From the NCBI RefSeq assembly GCF_037042905.1, contig NC_087251.1:5830001-5894000 (forward strand): 64,000 nt of DNA, in the 5' to 3' direction. The position numbers and the translations under genes are program-made. The notes beneath the pieces are model-generated. The model was given only the letters and a program-made list of their open reading frames with translations, did not search any database and was not told where the DNA came from. Shown here piece after piece: positions 1-13,900 of this stretch; the first letter of the stretch is position 1; every line of letters begins with the position of its first letter. This DNA is from Lytechinus pictus. Taxonomy: Eukaryota.

Positions 1-2
1 GC

Positions 3-101
3 ATTGGCCAACGGAAGTGTCACCTCGACATGCTGTGTCTATAAATGAGATGGCTAGCCCTTCTTGTTGTGGATCTGTTTATTTGTGGTTACCATGACTA
101 C
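3..101 (+). promoter_or_regulatory. Promoter-like motif cluster (CCAAT, ETS, TATA, RFX X-box)
   Basis: ATTGG 3-7, CGGAAGT 12-18, TATAAAT 39-45, GTTACCATGACTAC 88-101. Motif matches only. Confidence 0.3.
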
Positions 102-3100
102 AAACCACTTGGTTTTCCTTGGCATCAATTGAGAAATCATAGAACTTTGTGTTTATATGGATGAAGAATAGATATGCCAGATGATAAGCTAATGAATATG
201 TTCTTGAAGGTTTAGATAATGAGTAGATAGCAGCCTTGAAGCAGAGGTGTCGAGTCAGGTTTTTTTTTAGCCCTGTTCTTTGTTTTATGCTGAAAAAGGG
301 GGTCAACAAAGTACATCATTATAGAATTCAAATCCTTGTGTTCTAATTATTAGCCGTAATTGTGGAATGATTTCTAAATTTAGCTTGTAAGAATTTCAAA
401 AATAAGCTATATTCCCGCAGGTCTTCAAAAAAGAATTAAATGTCAATAGTTCAGTTTTTCACTAATGAATGCATCTTTCCAATCTATTCTTTTGAGAAAA
501 ACGGTTGTTCTTCTTTTGCTGTGCATGTGAGGTGAATACTTTGTGGTGATTTCATTTTCACAACTTTTAAATTTAGTATTTGCAAAAACCTTTCATCATG
601 CAGAAAAATTGCAACATACATGAAATGTAATATTTTGACTTGGTTTCAACATACCCCTACTCTCAGTTTTATATCTTTCATGATATTTTTCTTTATGAAA
701 AGCAATGAAAAACCAGATAGAAGCTAAATACTCAGTAATGCCAGTTAATTCTTCTCAAAGATTTTGATGGGGCACTCCATTGTCAACTCAATTGGTTGCT
801 AGAAAAAGAATCACATGAAATCATCCATCAAACAAAAGGTGGTATTCTGCTTTTAACAGATTTGATCTGAAGAATCATAACAAACACTATTCTTATCTGG
901 AGTATGCACAAATGAATGTGCAATTAATAATTGTAAAAGTGTGTAATACTAGCTTAGATAAAAATGTGTTGCATTGTACTAGTATCTCATATTGTACCCA
1001 TAATCATCACCCATGTCTACAGTGAAGGCAAACACAATATTCTCCCCTTCCTAAAGATCATTCTGATGTGGAATATAAAGCAAACAATTACCTTTTGATT
1101 CTAGTGAATGTGGGTCATGAGACAAATTATCAATGTCTCAGTTATAAAAGTTGAGATGCCCTTTCCTTTCTGCTTTGCATTTGAAAATATAGCTATATTA
1201 CATCCAAATTGCCTTACAAATCATAGTTCAATACATTGTTTTCACCAGCATTAATTGTTTGCTTAACAAAGAAGTTTTATTTTGATTTAGTTATATTTTG
1301 TAATAACCATACCACATTGTAATATATTGCTCATTGGTACAAGTTCAAGTATCCAAGCATTTAAAATGCTTGACTGCACATGGCACAATTACTTGCTTAT
1401 GACGCTGCATGGATGTTACTAACCAAGGCTATGTTTGTCATCATTGAGGAGTCATTAGGATCATAGATTACAATAATACCATCCTGGGATTCATTAAGTA
1501 CACCCTTCAATCACAATTATTGATCTGAGTTCAGCGGAGTGTGGTATGGTCCAGTTTCATCATCTCTACATTTTCCTTTCTGATCACAAAATTTCTTTTG
1601 TCTTTTGTTGATACATTTGTATTGTAGTTGCAGTAATTATTATTTAGTGTACAGTACATTGTATATACAATCCCTGCATTATGTAGTGTTTTTTGTCTTC
1701 TTGTATTAAGTTTGATAAAAAGAAATTGAAATTTTGATATGTTTTAATAAGTTTATATCTAAAAAAAATGATGATGGAAGCTCACAGGTCTGGCTTAAAA
1801 TAGGAATTGTTTATAGGTAGAAACATGACAAAAAATATAATCTCATAATGAAGTGAAGTCATGCACCAATCTAATATTGTATCAAGTTGCCATATGTTCC
1901 CATTATTATTCCACATTTATGTAAAAAATGACTTCTATTACATGAATCATTATACAGCCAGTGGCTGATTTTTTTTATGATGTATCGACATTTGATTTCC
2001 TATTTTTTTTGTAGTTGCACCACAGTCCTTAAAGAAAATGCAGAGTACTTTTTAATTGATTTAAGTTATAAAAAAAAACATTATGAGAACCTAGCTTTAT
2101 GCAATCCAAATTATATATTAAATAAAGTCATCATGTTAGATATGTTAGATGACATCATGATTCTTGAATTGATCAGCTGTGTGATGTAGGTAAATCAAGT
2201 GAGAGTGAATGAAATAGAGAGAGAGAGAGAGAGAAGACATAGAATTATGGGTTTTATAAAATGTACTGGTTACTTTTTACAAACTACCTCTTAAACATAT
2301 ACACAGGTAGATTATTTCTTTTTTAAAAATAATTTGATCACCTCGAAACCCAACCCCCCATTACTTTGTTTTATGGCAGAGATTTTCTAAACAAAATATT
2401 TGTTATACCCCGCATAATGCACCCAATGATAGAAAAATGAACAATACATCCTCATTTTGCATTACACATTGTCATCTCAATTTGTAAACTATAAAACTTT
2501 GTTTCTAACTTACTTTGACTTTCTTCTTCCTTTCTTGATACCTACTTCACCCTCTTTCTTGCTTTGACACCCAACTCTTCTGTGACGATGGCACGCAATT
2601 ATCTTCTGACTTCTGCCTGAACCTTCCCCATCAATCACACCCCATCATCACATGGTTCTATTTTTCACCGCCAGGACGTTTATCCAGAATTCAATGTAAA
2701 CAGTAGTGCCCATCCAAAGATGATGATGTCCAGATACTGGAATTAAGTTGATATGAAAGATGAGATAAGGGAGATAGATTCATTAAGGAAAAAAAGTTGT
2801 TGCCCTCCCCCCCCCAAAAAAAAAAGTGTTTTTATCACCCATACAGTACTTATACTTACTTAAAAAGTGAAGCGATAAGGAAGATGTATTCAATCTGCCT
2901 TTAGCTTTGGTAAGTCTCCCAAAAATTTGTCTATCAATATTCCAATTCATTATGAATGTTTGTTTAAAACTGTTATGATGTGGATGATATTAAATGAAAA
3001 TGTGTTTTAGAGGATAAATTATGTGATTTACCTGGAATTCTCTCTTTTTCTCATTTAAAAAAAGAAATCTTTTCCTTCTTTACTTTATATTTTTCGCTTT

Positions 3101-6100
3101 TTGTTGGTGTATTTGCTATACCCTTATTACCCAAATTACATTATGTGGGTTATACTTATTTTCGTTTTTTATTTATACCAGGTTGTGAACCCTCTTTGAA
3201 TCCTCTAGAACACACATAGATATGTGTGTTTCTGGAATACAAGAGTACTCGTCAAATATTTACCCCATCTTGTGTATTAGTTGTTCAGTACCAGCCACAA
3301 GGTCATTACTATCATGCATTTTCATTAGCTCTTACCACTTTATCGCAGCCATTTCATGCAATGCATTCAAGCAATGAGGGCCTTATACTGTCTTACTTTG
3401 ACAAAAAGGTATTAAGTAAAATGTTTTAATACTGATTTTTTGTAAATGAGAAAAATGTATCTGTCATTTACACGGATTCCAATGCATCAGTTTGATGTTT
3501 ACAAGTTATATCTTATAGCTGAATCAGTTTTTGTCTTTGATATTTGACCTGTAAGAAGAAATCAATTTCATATAATGTGAACCCTTTGGAAAATTGATTT
3601 TGTTGATATAAGACACTTGCTTCCTTTTGTCAAAGTATGGCAGTATATTGGTGACAGTCAAGTCATTCCCCTCTTCTTTAACACGATAGTAATAGGTGAT
3701 TGTCTATGGACGATGGGTGTTTTTGCAATCATCATCACCATCATCATAAACAACCAATGTTTGATTGGGGATGAGCTTGTTTAATCCCACTCATTAAAAT
3801 ATATTGCCTCACACTTCATGATGATATGAAAAACCCATCCCCAGGCATTGCTATTTACAGGTGTCAGAGTTCCTTGGAAACTTGGTGATGTGTAAGGATG
3901 ATGTCAAGAAAGAAAATGACTACATAAATTCCTGTGACATTTCAATAAATACTTGATACGATAATACGATAAAGAAGGTATAGTCATTATTAAGGATACA
4001 TAACTTCCACATATTTTATCCATGGGGCACTAATTCCCTTTGGTAAGGCATTTAAATTCTCATTACCAGGTCCCTCTGAGAGGACCTTAAGCCACCAGTC
4101 CTCTGTTTGCTTACAAGCACTCATGCTTTCTCATGCTTTCTTAGCAATCAGGTAAATAATCACCAACATCACCATCTATTCATGTTTTTGAGGGCTAGTT
4201 CAGTAACTGTCAGATTTGGATTGAAATTTTCAGCTGTTTTTTTTTTTTTTTTTTAGATATTCATCAAATTTTCATTTTGAAGTTGCATAATATAAGCATA
4301 AACACTTTATTTTTGTCCCCTGTACTAGAACAAACTCTAATTTGATATTTGTTAAGGCAGTCAAAGATATAAGGAGGAATTATAAATCTATTAAATTACC
4401 TTCAAAGCTATTCCAGAAAGGAATGAAAATGAAATAAAGGTTGGTGGATACAATGAACCTCTAGGGATGATTCTAATTCTTGTTCAGATATACTTAAAAC
4501 TGAATTATGATCCGCTTACCAGAGTGGAGACTTGTTCTACATTGTATTCAAATCAGTTTCAATAGCTTCAAAAAGGAAATTGGAGGTTTTAAAGTCTTAT
4601 TTTATTTCATGCCAGTTTGACAGCTAGTAACCTAATGTATATGTAACATCTATCTGTAGATAGTTTTACCCTGGTTTTGATACCAATTTGCCCCTCTTGC
4701 CTAATTTAGAGTATCATTGCTTTCTGGTGCTAACTCCATTTTATTATGAACACAAAATATATTTTTTTCTTAAGAGGGAGATCTTGGCAATGTAACACAA
4801 AAGATACAACTTATAAACAATCAAGCATTATTGTAAGTTTATGGCAAACTTTTTACCTCCCAAAAGATACAATCATTCAAGCAAGCACATCTCTGTATGT
4901 TACACCCCTAAACTAAAAGCCTCAATACAGCAAGAGCAGGAGATTTTGTGAAAGTTACCTGAAAGTGGGGGTAGCTGAGGTCTTTAAGTAATTGGAACGT
5001 AGGCCTACTTATTGAAAGAAAATATCTTGTTTAGAAAATGAAGGTGATTTTGTCATCTCCCACCTAATGAGTTCTCTCTCTCACGTCCCTGGTTCATGCC
5101 AGGTCATGGAACAGCTGATTGGGCTCATTTCATATACAGAGAGATAACCTAGGGGAAATAAAGAGTGGTCTTTATTATAATGCAATAGTGTAATAATAGT
5201 TGCTATTATAAAAGAAATCGATGTGTTTGATGTCTTACGATGGATTCAGAAATATGGACCATTATATGAAAATTAATTGGAGAGGGAGGGGTGGTTTATC
5301 AAATATATTACAACTTTTAATGTCATTTAGATTTGTATTATAGTAAGATATACATACATTCAGTATACATTTACATTTTTATTGGAAGTTTTTTTTTCTA
5401 TTCATGAAATCACATGTCTCAATGTTTCAGATACTTGTACTTAAAGGGATTGTTCTCGTCAGATTTAGATTAATAGCTTTGATTGATACAATCACTTCAA
5501 AGAAATATCAATTTCTGACTTATGCCTTGGCTCATGATTTCTTCATTGTGAAACATAAAATTTGTCTCAGAAAACATTTTTCCTTTTAACTTTTAGTATA
5601 TTAATGTGTGGAAATAGTTTTCCCTGATCTCTTTACAACATTGGCCTTGGAAGTTTGATATTTTGTTTCTCAAATTTGAATCAAGTATATGGTTCAATGT
5701 AAATTACAATGAGAAATAATAATGAAACTATCTTCTTATACATGTTATTATCCTTCAATTATCCCCTAAGGTATAACATACATGTAGAAGTATAAATCTT
5801 CTTTTGCCTAGAAAGAGTTATTTACAGGAATCGTGAGACAGTTTAAAGTTGCCACCATTAACATGAAAATACAGCTTAAATAATATACTTAACTGTCTTA
5901 AGAATGAAATAAATTTTGTTTTGCGAGGTGTTAACAGCCCATCAACAATTGATAATCTCAAAACAATATTCTGTCCAATAAAGGGTAAACCAGGGTATGA
6001 GATAACTCAGTTTTGTAATAAACAAGTTTAAGAAACAGTGTTCTTAGTCCTGTCAAGCTGGTTTGAGTCTCTGGCAGAGAGCTATTATTTTCTCTTATCC

Positions 6101-8399
6101 AAGGATTAAGTCGTTTAAGCAATCTGGTATGAGAGGAGGAGGAGAAAGATGTAGAGTATGAGTCATCGTTGGATGATGTTTTATACTTACCAGGGATGCT
6201 CTCTTCCGACTTTGATTTATTACCCAGGAACAGATGTTCAAATTTTATTTCATATCCCATGTGCATTCTTTTTTTCCTGTTATACTTCCTTCAAACTTTC
6301 ATTCATAAGTGCTATTTTCTCTTTCAGTTTGTTTTCTTGATATTTCATTTTAAATAGCTGTCTATCAAATTATATCATCCCTTTCTCCTCTTTCTTACCC
6401 ATCTCTCTCATTTTGCAGTCTGGTTATCAGACTATACTTAACAAGTTATTAGATATGTAAGATGTCTTTCTTATGATTTTTTTAAAATTTATTCATTACT
6501 TAAAAAAAAAGATTTCTTCATTTACATGTTCATTCATCCCAAATTTCCATGCATATATTGAACCCATGTTAAGCTCTTATAAATCTTTCACTCAATCATT
6601 CTTAACATTATGTCAATTATTCTATCCTATTTTTTTTCTCTTTTTAAGAGTGTCATGATGACACCATTGTTAAAGCTCTGAATGGATTGTTTCAGAAGTT
6701 TTCAATCACCCAGACCTATTTTTTCAATCTATCAATTATCGTGATTCTACAGATTTTCTTGCTTTCTCTTTCATCCTCCATCATTTCCTCTATTTAGTCA
6801 TAGATCTATTTGATTTAATGTACCTCTACTTTCTCCTTTGAAATGATTCTCTCTCCCTCCCTTCCGCTTGCCTATCTCTTCTCATCTCTCCAGTTGTTTC
6901 TTTTTTGTTCCTCTTTGGTTAGTTAACAACACTTATCTTTTTACTCCACTTCTTTGTTTATACTATCTCATCTTTCCATATACTCTCCTTGACCCGTACT
7001 CCCTTTCTCCATAACAAGCCCATATTTGTAGTTAACAAACCCTGCAAATTACTTTCGATTTCAGAATACCAGGCAACCTCATATCTGTTCTCATCCGGTA
7101 AAATAATCATTGCGGTTTCATGGCTGACAGTGTGTCTGTTCAATGCATCCATAAAAATACTGATAAACACAGAGAGAAGGGTGTATAATGTATTAGATGA
7201 TAAAAAGTAATTCACCAGAGGAACAATGCAGATAACATGAATTAATGTTGCAAGTATATGAAGTCAGAAGTAAACACTTTTACTCTTGATTTAGCTTGAG
7301 AGTTGTTCTTGTATGCCTTGTTTGTCCTTAAAATAAATAAATCTTCAAGAAATCTACTTAGTTTTAAACTTCATGTTATAGTGACTTCATATCTTGATTA
7401 GATCAATTGTGTCTGATTCAAGATTAGTTCCATATCTAATCTGGATCATTTTTCACAGACTTTCACTTTTCATTTAGTTTATCATGCTCAATGCTACTCA
7501 TTTTTTTGTGGGTTATGTTTTGATATATGCTGACACACTTCATTTCAGATTCAATTGTTTAGGGTCATGTTCAAGGTTGTTGAAAAATATATCACTTTCC
7601 GACCGAGAAGACAATACTATTGTATTATATCATATGTATATTGCTCTTAATTGAAATATATGATACACCTACTTGTATGTATTCATTACAATGTTTATTC
7701 CATTTATCTTATGTTTCTTTTTATGATATATATTATAGGAAAATACCTGAATAAGGCTCTAACCCTATCAATTTGACTATATTTCTGAGGAATTTACTTG
7801 TCATTATCCATTAGGTCAGCTGATAGTTTATCTTTTATATCTCATTTTGTAAGTTAACATCTGCATGTGGCCTTAATGAGTTATCCTAACAGGATATATA
7901 TGAAAAGGCTTAAAAGCTCAATCTGAAATTGATAACAGGAATGACCTCCACAGGGAAGATACAAAATGACCATTCTCTTCATTAAAAATAATTGGAAAGA
8001 GCACATCATGATTCAGACCTTCAATTTACCAATTATGGTGTACCTCTATATTTGTACACTGATGAAAATGATAAAGGCAATTATTGGAAATGGAACCAGT
8101 CTGTACACACTTGCCTACCAATGGGTGGTGGCAGCCATCCCTCTGCCAACAGGGTTTTTGCCAGGTACCCTAGGGGTCATTGGTTCCTAGGGTTGGTCCC
8201 TGGGGGGTCATCTTTCCCAGGGTCCTGCATGGCATGGTGTAGAGGATGAGTCATGGTAATAGCATTCACAGTACCTAGACACTGGGCGGTGGGAAATTAT
8301 TAAACCCTCAAGAGAAAGGTAGGCCAGGGTGAGCGTTGATTGTCAGCTGATAGAGCCATGGATTTAGTGTTATAGAGAAAGAGAGTTGGAGTGATGAAA

Positions 8400-8545
8400 A
8401 TATAGGGAGAGAGAAGGCAAGTAAGAGAAAAAGAAAATGGTAGGAGAGAGAGAGAGAGAGTGAGACAGAAAGTAAGAAAGAGAGACAGAAAGCTAGAGAT
8501 AAAAAAAGGAATAATAGGAGAGGAAGATGAAAGTGGGAGGGGGAC
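8400..8545. repeat. Polypurine (GA)n-rich low-complexity tract
   Basis: Near-continuous A/G run containing a (GA)n microsatellite around 8443-8460. Confidence 0.8.
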
Positions 8546-8915
8546 TACCAGAGGCTGTAAGAAGGTGAAGGTCTGGTAATAACAAAGGAGGGTATAACTT
8601 TCATTTGTGAGATAAAGTTTATGTGGAAAGGATCACAGCTGATCCAGATTTCAGAGAGCTTCTCAGTATCATGTATATGAGTGCTGATATGAGATGATTC
8701 AATACAGATGCTGTGACACCTCGTAATGCAAAGTAAAAAAGATAACTTGACAGATACTTCATTTAGCTTTACATTCATTTGGATGATTATGTTTTATGTA
8801 TTATTTAATTTTTCAAAAAGAAGTGATGCACTTGAGTTATTCCATAATTTCCATATAGATTGAAAGATATTTCATTCGTCTTTATAGTATATAGAATAGT
8901 GATGTGATTGACCAG

Positions 8916-9088
8916 GTGGGTGTTTCATAAAGTTGTTCGTAAGTTGAGAGCGACTTTAAGAACAACTGGTGATCCTTTCTTTTTGGAAAATGGTATATTC
9001 ATTGGCGATGGTTTAAGCGCGTTAGAAAGGTTCACCAGTCGTTCTTAAAGTCGCTCTTAACTTACGAACAGCTTTATGAAACGGCCCC
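8916..9088. mobile_element. Foldback MITE, PIF/Harbinger-like, CAG TSD
   Basis: Long imperfect TIRs (gtgggtgtttcataaagttgttcgtaagttgagagcgactttaagaac... / ...gttcttaaagtcgctcttaacttacgaacagctttatgaaacggcccc); CAG at 8913-8915 and 9089-9091. Confidence 0.85.
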
Positions 9089-9373
9089 CAGGACAATTCA
9101 GCTGTATTTCATTCAAGATAAATTTGTAATTATACATCTCTCTATGTTATAGCCATTGAAGCTGATCCTCAAGGAGCCACATAGGACCTGTCTATCACAG
9201 CCATCCGTGTAATGGCCAATTTGCCTATTGTTTTCCATTGGTGCTTTATACTACATTCTATCAGGCAAACAAATATACATTTTTTTAGGGGGCTGCTTTT
9301 CACAACTTAATGCTTTAATCTTCAACATTGGATAAGCTTTAACTTTGCAGTGAATTGGGATTTCCAGAGCTCA

Positions 9374-10427
9374 TTTTTGTCTCACCATAGCAGAGTGAGA
9401 CTATAGGTGCCGCTTTTCAGACGGAGACGGAATGCTGTACCCAAGGTTAAGTTTTGAAATGACATCATAACTTAGAAAGTATATGAACCTAGTTCATGAA
9501 ACTTGGACATATGAACCTGGTTCATGAAACTTGGACATAAGGTTAATCAAATAATACTAAACATCTTGCCTGAGTTTCAGGTCACATGACCAAGGTCAAA
9601 GGTCATTTAGGGTTAATGAACTTAGACCATGTTGGGGGAATCAACATCGAAATCTTAACCTAAGGTTAAGTTTTTGAAATGTCATCATAACTTAGAAAGT
9701 ATATGGGCCTAGTTCATAAAACTTGGCCATAAGGGTAATAAAATATTACTAAACATTCTGCCTTAGTTTCAGGTCACATGACCAAGGTCAAAGGTCATTT
9801 AGGGTAAATGAACTTTGGCCATGTTGGGGTATTTGTTGAATTACCATCATAACTTTGAATGTTTATGGATCCGGCTCATAAAACTTAGTCATACGAGTAA
9901 TCAAGTATCACTAAACATCCTGTGCGAATGTTCATGTCACATGATTAAGGTCAAAGGTCATTTAAGGTCGATGAACTTTGGCCATGTTGGGGGTATTTGT
10001 TTAATTACCATCAAGACTCTGAAAGTGTATGGATCTATTTCATAAAACTTGGACATGAGAGTAAATGATAATCACGTATCACTGAACATCACGTGCGAGT
10101 TTCACATCTCATGACCAAAGCCATAGGTCATTTAAGGTCAATGAACTTTGGCAATGTTAGAAGTAATTGTTAAATTGCTGTCATAACTTTGAAAATTCAT
10201 GGATATAATTTATGAAATATGGACATATGGGTACTCAAGTATCACTGACAAGTCTTAGGTCACGTGCTCAAGGTCAACTGTCATTTAGGATCAATGAACG
10301 TAGTATTCTATCATTATATGAATTGTGTTTTTTGTGAATAATTATTTATAGTAGTTTTCAAAGTCAGCACTGCTGCTATATTGAATTGTGAAATGCAGAT
10401 GAGACTGCCAGAGGCGCTCCACTTTTT
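9374..10427 (+). mobile_element. Non-autonomous Helentron/DINE-1/Tsp-type element, family H1 copy 1 (about 5 internal repeat units)
   Basis: Starts in a T-run with gtctcacc..agcagagtgagac; internal ~163-193 bp repeats with core ggtcacatgaccaaggtcaaaggtcattt; 3' subterminal inverted repeat atgcagatgagac followed by gaggcgctccacttt; no TSD; homologous to three other copies in the window. Confidence 0.8.
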
Positions 10428-10755
10428 AGTTTCTAGGGCACTTTTGAGCATTTTGGGTGCTAAATCGCCCCCAGCCCCCAAGTAATATTTCCCCTTCATT
10501 CTATAAAATAAAAGGGTGGAAAGGGGTAAATCACCCTTGAAAGTGCCAAGGATTGACAGTATTTTTAGTATTAAGAGTAAAAAAATGCTTTCTCTCCTTT
10601 GCCCCACTCCAGCCTTTTCACCTTATGTGCTTTTAAAGTCCATGGACAGTTTTACTCTACATGGTGCTGACAGAGTGTACAGTAGATATGATTCATTACA
10701 TTATGATGAAGAAATATTTATATGAAATGAGAGAATGCCTTTTAACATTGCCCTA

Positions 10756-10958
10756 GCCTATAATCTAGGCGAAGGCTGCAGTTATTGTCGTTGCTGTTAT
10801 TCTTTACGCAAACGCTCCGTCTGATGTGGCAAAGACTTTGAACTGCGACGCAGCCGCCGTCTATACACAAATTTTTTGTCTTTGCCGCATCAGACGTATC
10901 GCTTGCGTTCAGCATAACAGCAAATACAATAACTGAAGCCTCTGCCTAGATTATAGGC
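10756..10958. mobile_element. Foldback MITE flanked by TA
   Basis: Perfect terminal inverted match tagcctataatctaggc / gcctagattataggcta; imperfect pairing continues for ~80 bp. Confidence 0.85.
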
Positions 10959-13900
10959 TAACACTGCCCTAGCTTACTAAGTAACCATAGGGAAGATTCC
11001 TCATTAATAAAACTGTCAAAGAAACATTTCATAACTAAGTATGAGATAAAACTGACCACTACAAAATAGATTGCTGACCATCTAGCAATCAGATGGTGCA
11101 GTTGTGCAAACTCATCTAGGAGGTAGGAAAGCTGTAGATTTGTTTGATTCTCAAAAATATATAATAATAAAGCAAGGAAAGTATGACAAATCACTTTCTT
11201 TCCCAATCAATAGATTGCCGAGCAGAAGTGTGAGAGCGTTAAGTAAATGCAATTGGAATGGGTGTTTGCACTGCCTTTACACTGCTAAAGGTGTGAAAGG
11301 CAAAGATGTCATTTGAGAAAGAGATTATGAAAGGGGGTTCATGAAGAGTAGAGTGTGAAGGGCAAAGGTATTTTCTTCAGAAAGAGGGTGAAGCCTGTCT
11401 TGAGTTTTGGTGAAGTCCCTTAAAAGTGTTGATCACTTTTCTAATATATTGTTACATTATATGAATGTGTATTTACACTGGTTGGATAAAAAGATATAAA
11501 CATTTGTTTTAGTGGATGCACTTTGTGATTTTACATAAAAATTATTTGGTCATGATGTAAATCAAAATTAAGATTACTGCAGTACTTTTTCTTTTTGATA
11601 AAAAAGCATTTATCATGGATCAAATGGACTGAAATTATCTGGATGTAACTTATGAAGGTAGTTTTCTAATACACAATCGTTTAATTTGGAAGATTAGTGT
11701 TAAATGGCCTTTTAAGAATAAAAATAAAGATATTAAACAGGGGGAGGGCTCTAAATATCGTCAAAGATTAAGTTAATATTTTTCTCACCGAGCACCAACA
11801 CTGAAGATAAGTTTAATAGTCACTACCCAATTGTATGGTGAAAATGATATTCTGATACAATTCACGTTACTGAATCTTTACAAAAAGCTTTAGACATTCA
11901 GTTTAGTCATAGAACCCCTTCCTTTCATAATTCATCATTATCATTCCCTTTTGAGAAATATAATCCTTTCTGTTCAGTTCTTGAGATATGTAAAGTTTTA
12001 TGTATATCGGAAAAAAGTACTGCTCAAATTTGAAATTGTATTTTTTCTATTTTAAATTGTACTTGTATGATATGAAATACTGTTTTTTCTGATCTAGCAT
12101 ATTCCATGTTCTTTGTGATTTTTCCATAAGGACAAGGTGAAATCTACATGCAAGCATCCAAGTTTATTTCTTTAGCATGTTTTACTCCTTCGATATTCTT
12201 TTTAAAAAATTCAAGTTTTCTGATATGGTGTCTTGAAAATCATATAAATTTGTAAACTCTTTCTTATAGTGTTACAAAAATCCCCTCTTTCCGCCATACT
12301 AGTATGCCCATCAGCAAAATAATAATCAATAAACTCATCTGATTGCCACACCCCTATGCACAGATTTTATTTGCACGCTACATCAATTACTAAGCGATGA
12401 TGATTGCGCTTACTGCTGAAATGTTGATTGTCTTAGAGAAGGAATATTCATTTGATTATCTGCCAGGCTTTTCGTAATAATCTCTTGATGAAAATGACCT
12501 TTAGCATATTTCTTGGAATTTGTATTGAAATTAAGCCTAGTTCATAGATATATTAGAGAGTAGTTGTTATTGTCTCCTATATTTTTTACTCCAAGTTTGA
12601 ATGCTGTAATGAGAGCATTCTGAGAACCTCCTCATGAAAAATAATTTCCTTTCAGCTTCCTACAACAATTTTATATTACTTGATTATTAATTCTTAGAAG
12701 AATGATGGTATGAAGATTTTTTTTTTTACAATCTTCTCTCATTTCCTATCAGTTGTTTTTATGAATTTCTCTGATTCTTGACAAAGAACACATTGCTGTT
12801 TAATCTTTGATCAACCTTTATGATCTAAACGTTGATAGTTTGCCAATCTGTGAATCTTGCAGTAAACTTTCTTTAATCTAAAAGCATTTTGAAAGTCCCC
12901 AAACCAAATTATGGCTATTCAGTTCATTGATCTTCAATGGGTGATGAAAGCGATACATGAAGAAGAAAGATATATTAAGAACATTTGATAAAATAGATAG
13001 CTAAAGAACCCTCCCCAGGACCTCATGTCCCATCAGAAATCAATTCATCTAATACAAACAAAGAGTACAGATGACTGCTTGATTTCCTTCCAATATCCCT
13101 TGTCTTACTGAAACTCATTTTACCTAACCACTTGCTGTGTTAAATGAAATGTCGTAATGTCTCAAAGCAGTGGCGTGACTTGCATTTTTCGCGCGCAGAC
13201 TGGACGCCGGTCCACTATTGGGTAGGTGAGGTGTCGACATGGCAACGGGATGAAGCATGTTCGCATGACAACTTTGGCTGGCAACAAGATGACGATGAGG
13301 CTCAAGCGGGTGGATGAGTGAGTAAGCGAGTCATCATGGCCACAGGGCAGACATGATCTGTTTTGGTTATGGGATAATGTCAACCATAAGGGACTAAGGG
13401 AGATAAGAGTTGCTAGTGAACAAGGGAGACATGTTCTGTTTGGGTGTGAGCTGAGATGTAGAGGAGAGAGAAAGTCCTGGAGGTTGATTTGAGGTGTAAA
13501 GAAGTTTAGCTTGCGATTTAAGGATGGATAGAGAGATAAAAAACCTGTAATGAATGTGCCCATGTTTCTTGGTATTTAAAGAAAAGAAGGTAATAAAAAA
13601 AACCCAGATGATTATTTTAAATAAATTTGAGTACTTTTCCAAATAAATAGTTGCCATGGATTTAAAACAAAAATTCCTATAAGATAACACTGCTTGAAAA
13701 AGATAGTTGAAGATATCTTGTTCTTTTGGGAACATACACTTTTATAGCTTATCTGTAGCAAAACCTATAATGATTTTTATTCTTGATGGCTTAATTTTAG
13801 ACCCATAGAAATACTTAACTATTCAAACATTAGCTGTTTAAAATCTGCAAATTTGTAAACTCTAATTTTATATTTTGTGACTTATATAACTTACATAAGA

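Noticed and set aside
4030..4170. Possible SINE core fragment (ccctttggtaaggcattt)
   Set aside because: No A/B boxes, TSD or second copy in the window; cannot be supported without a library search.
7966..8249. Overlapping 74/85-aa ORFs in a GC-richer patch
   Set aside because: No recognisable domain or convincing splice sites.
13162..13563. 133-aa minus-strand ORF
   Set aside because: Low-complexity L/S/P composition arising from a purine-rich plus strand; no homology signal.
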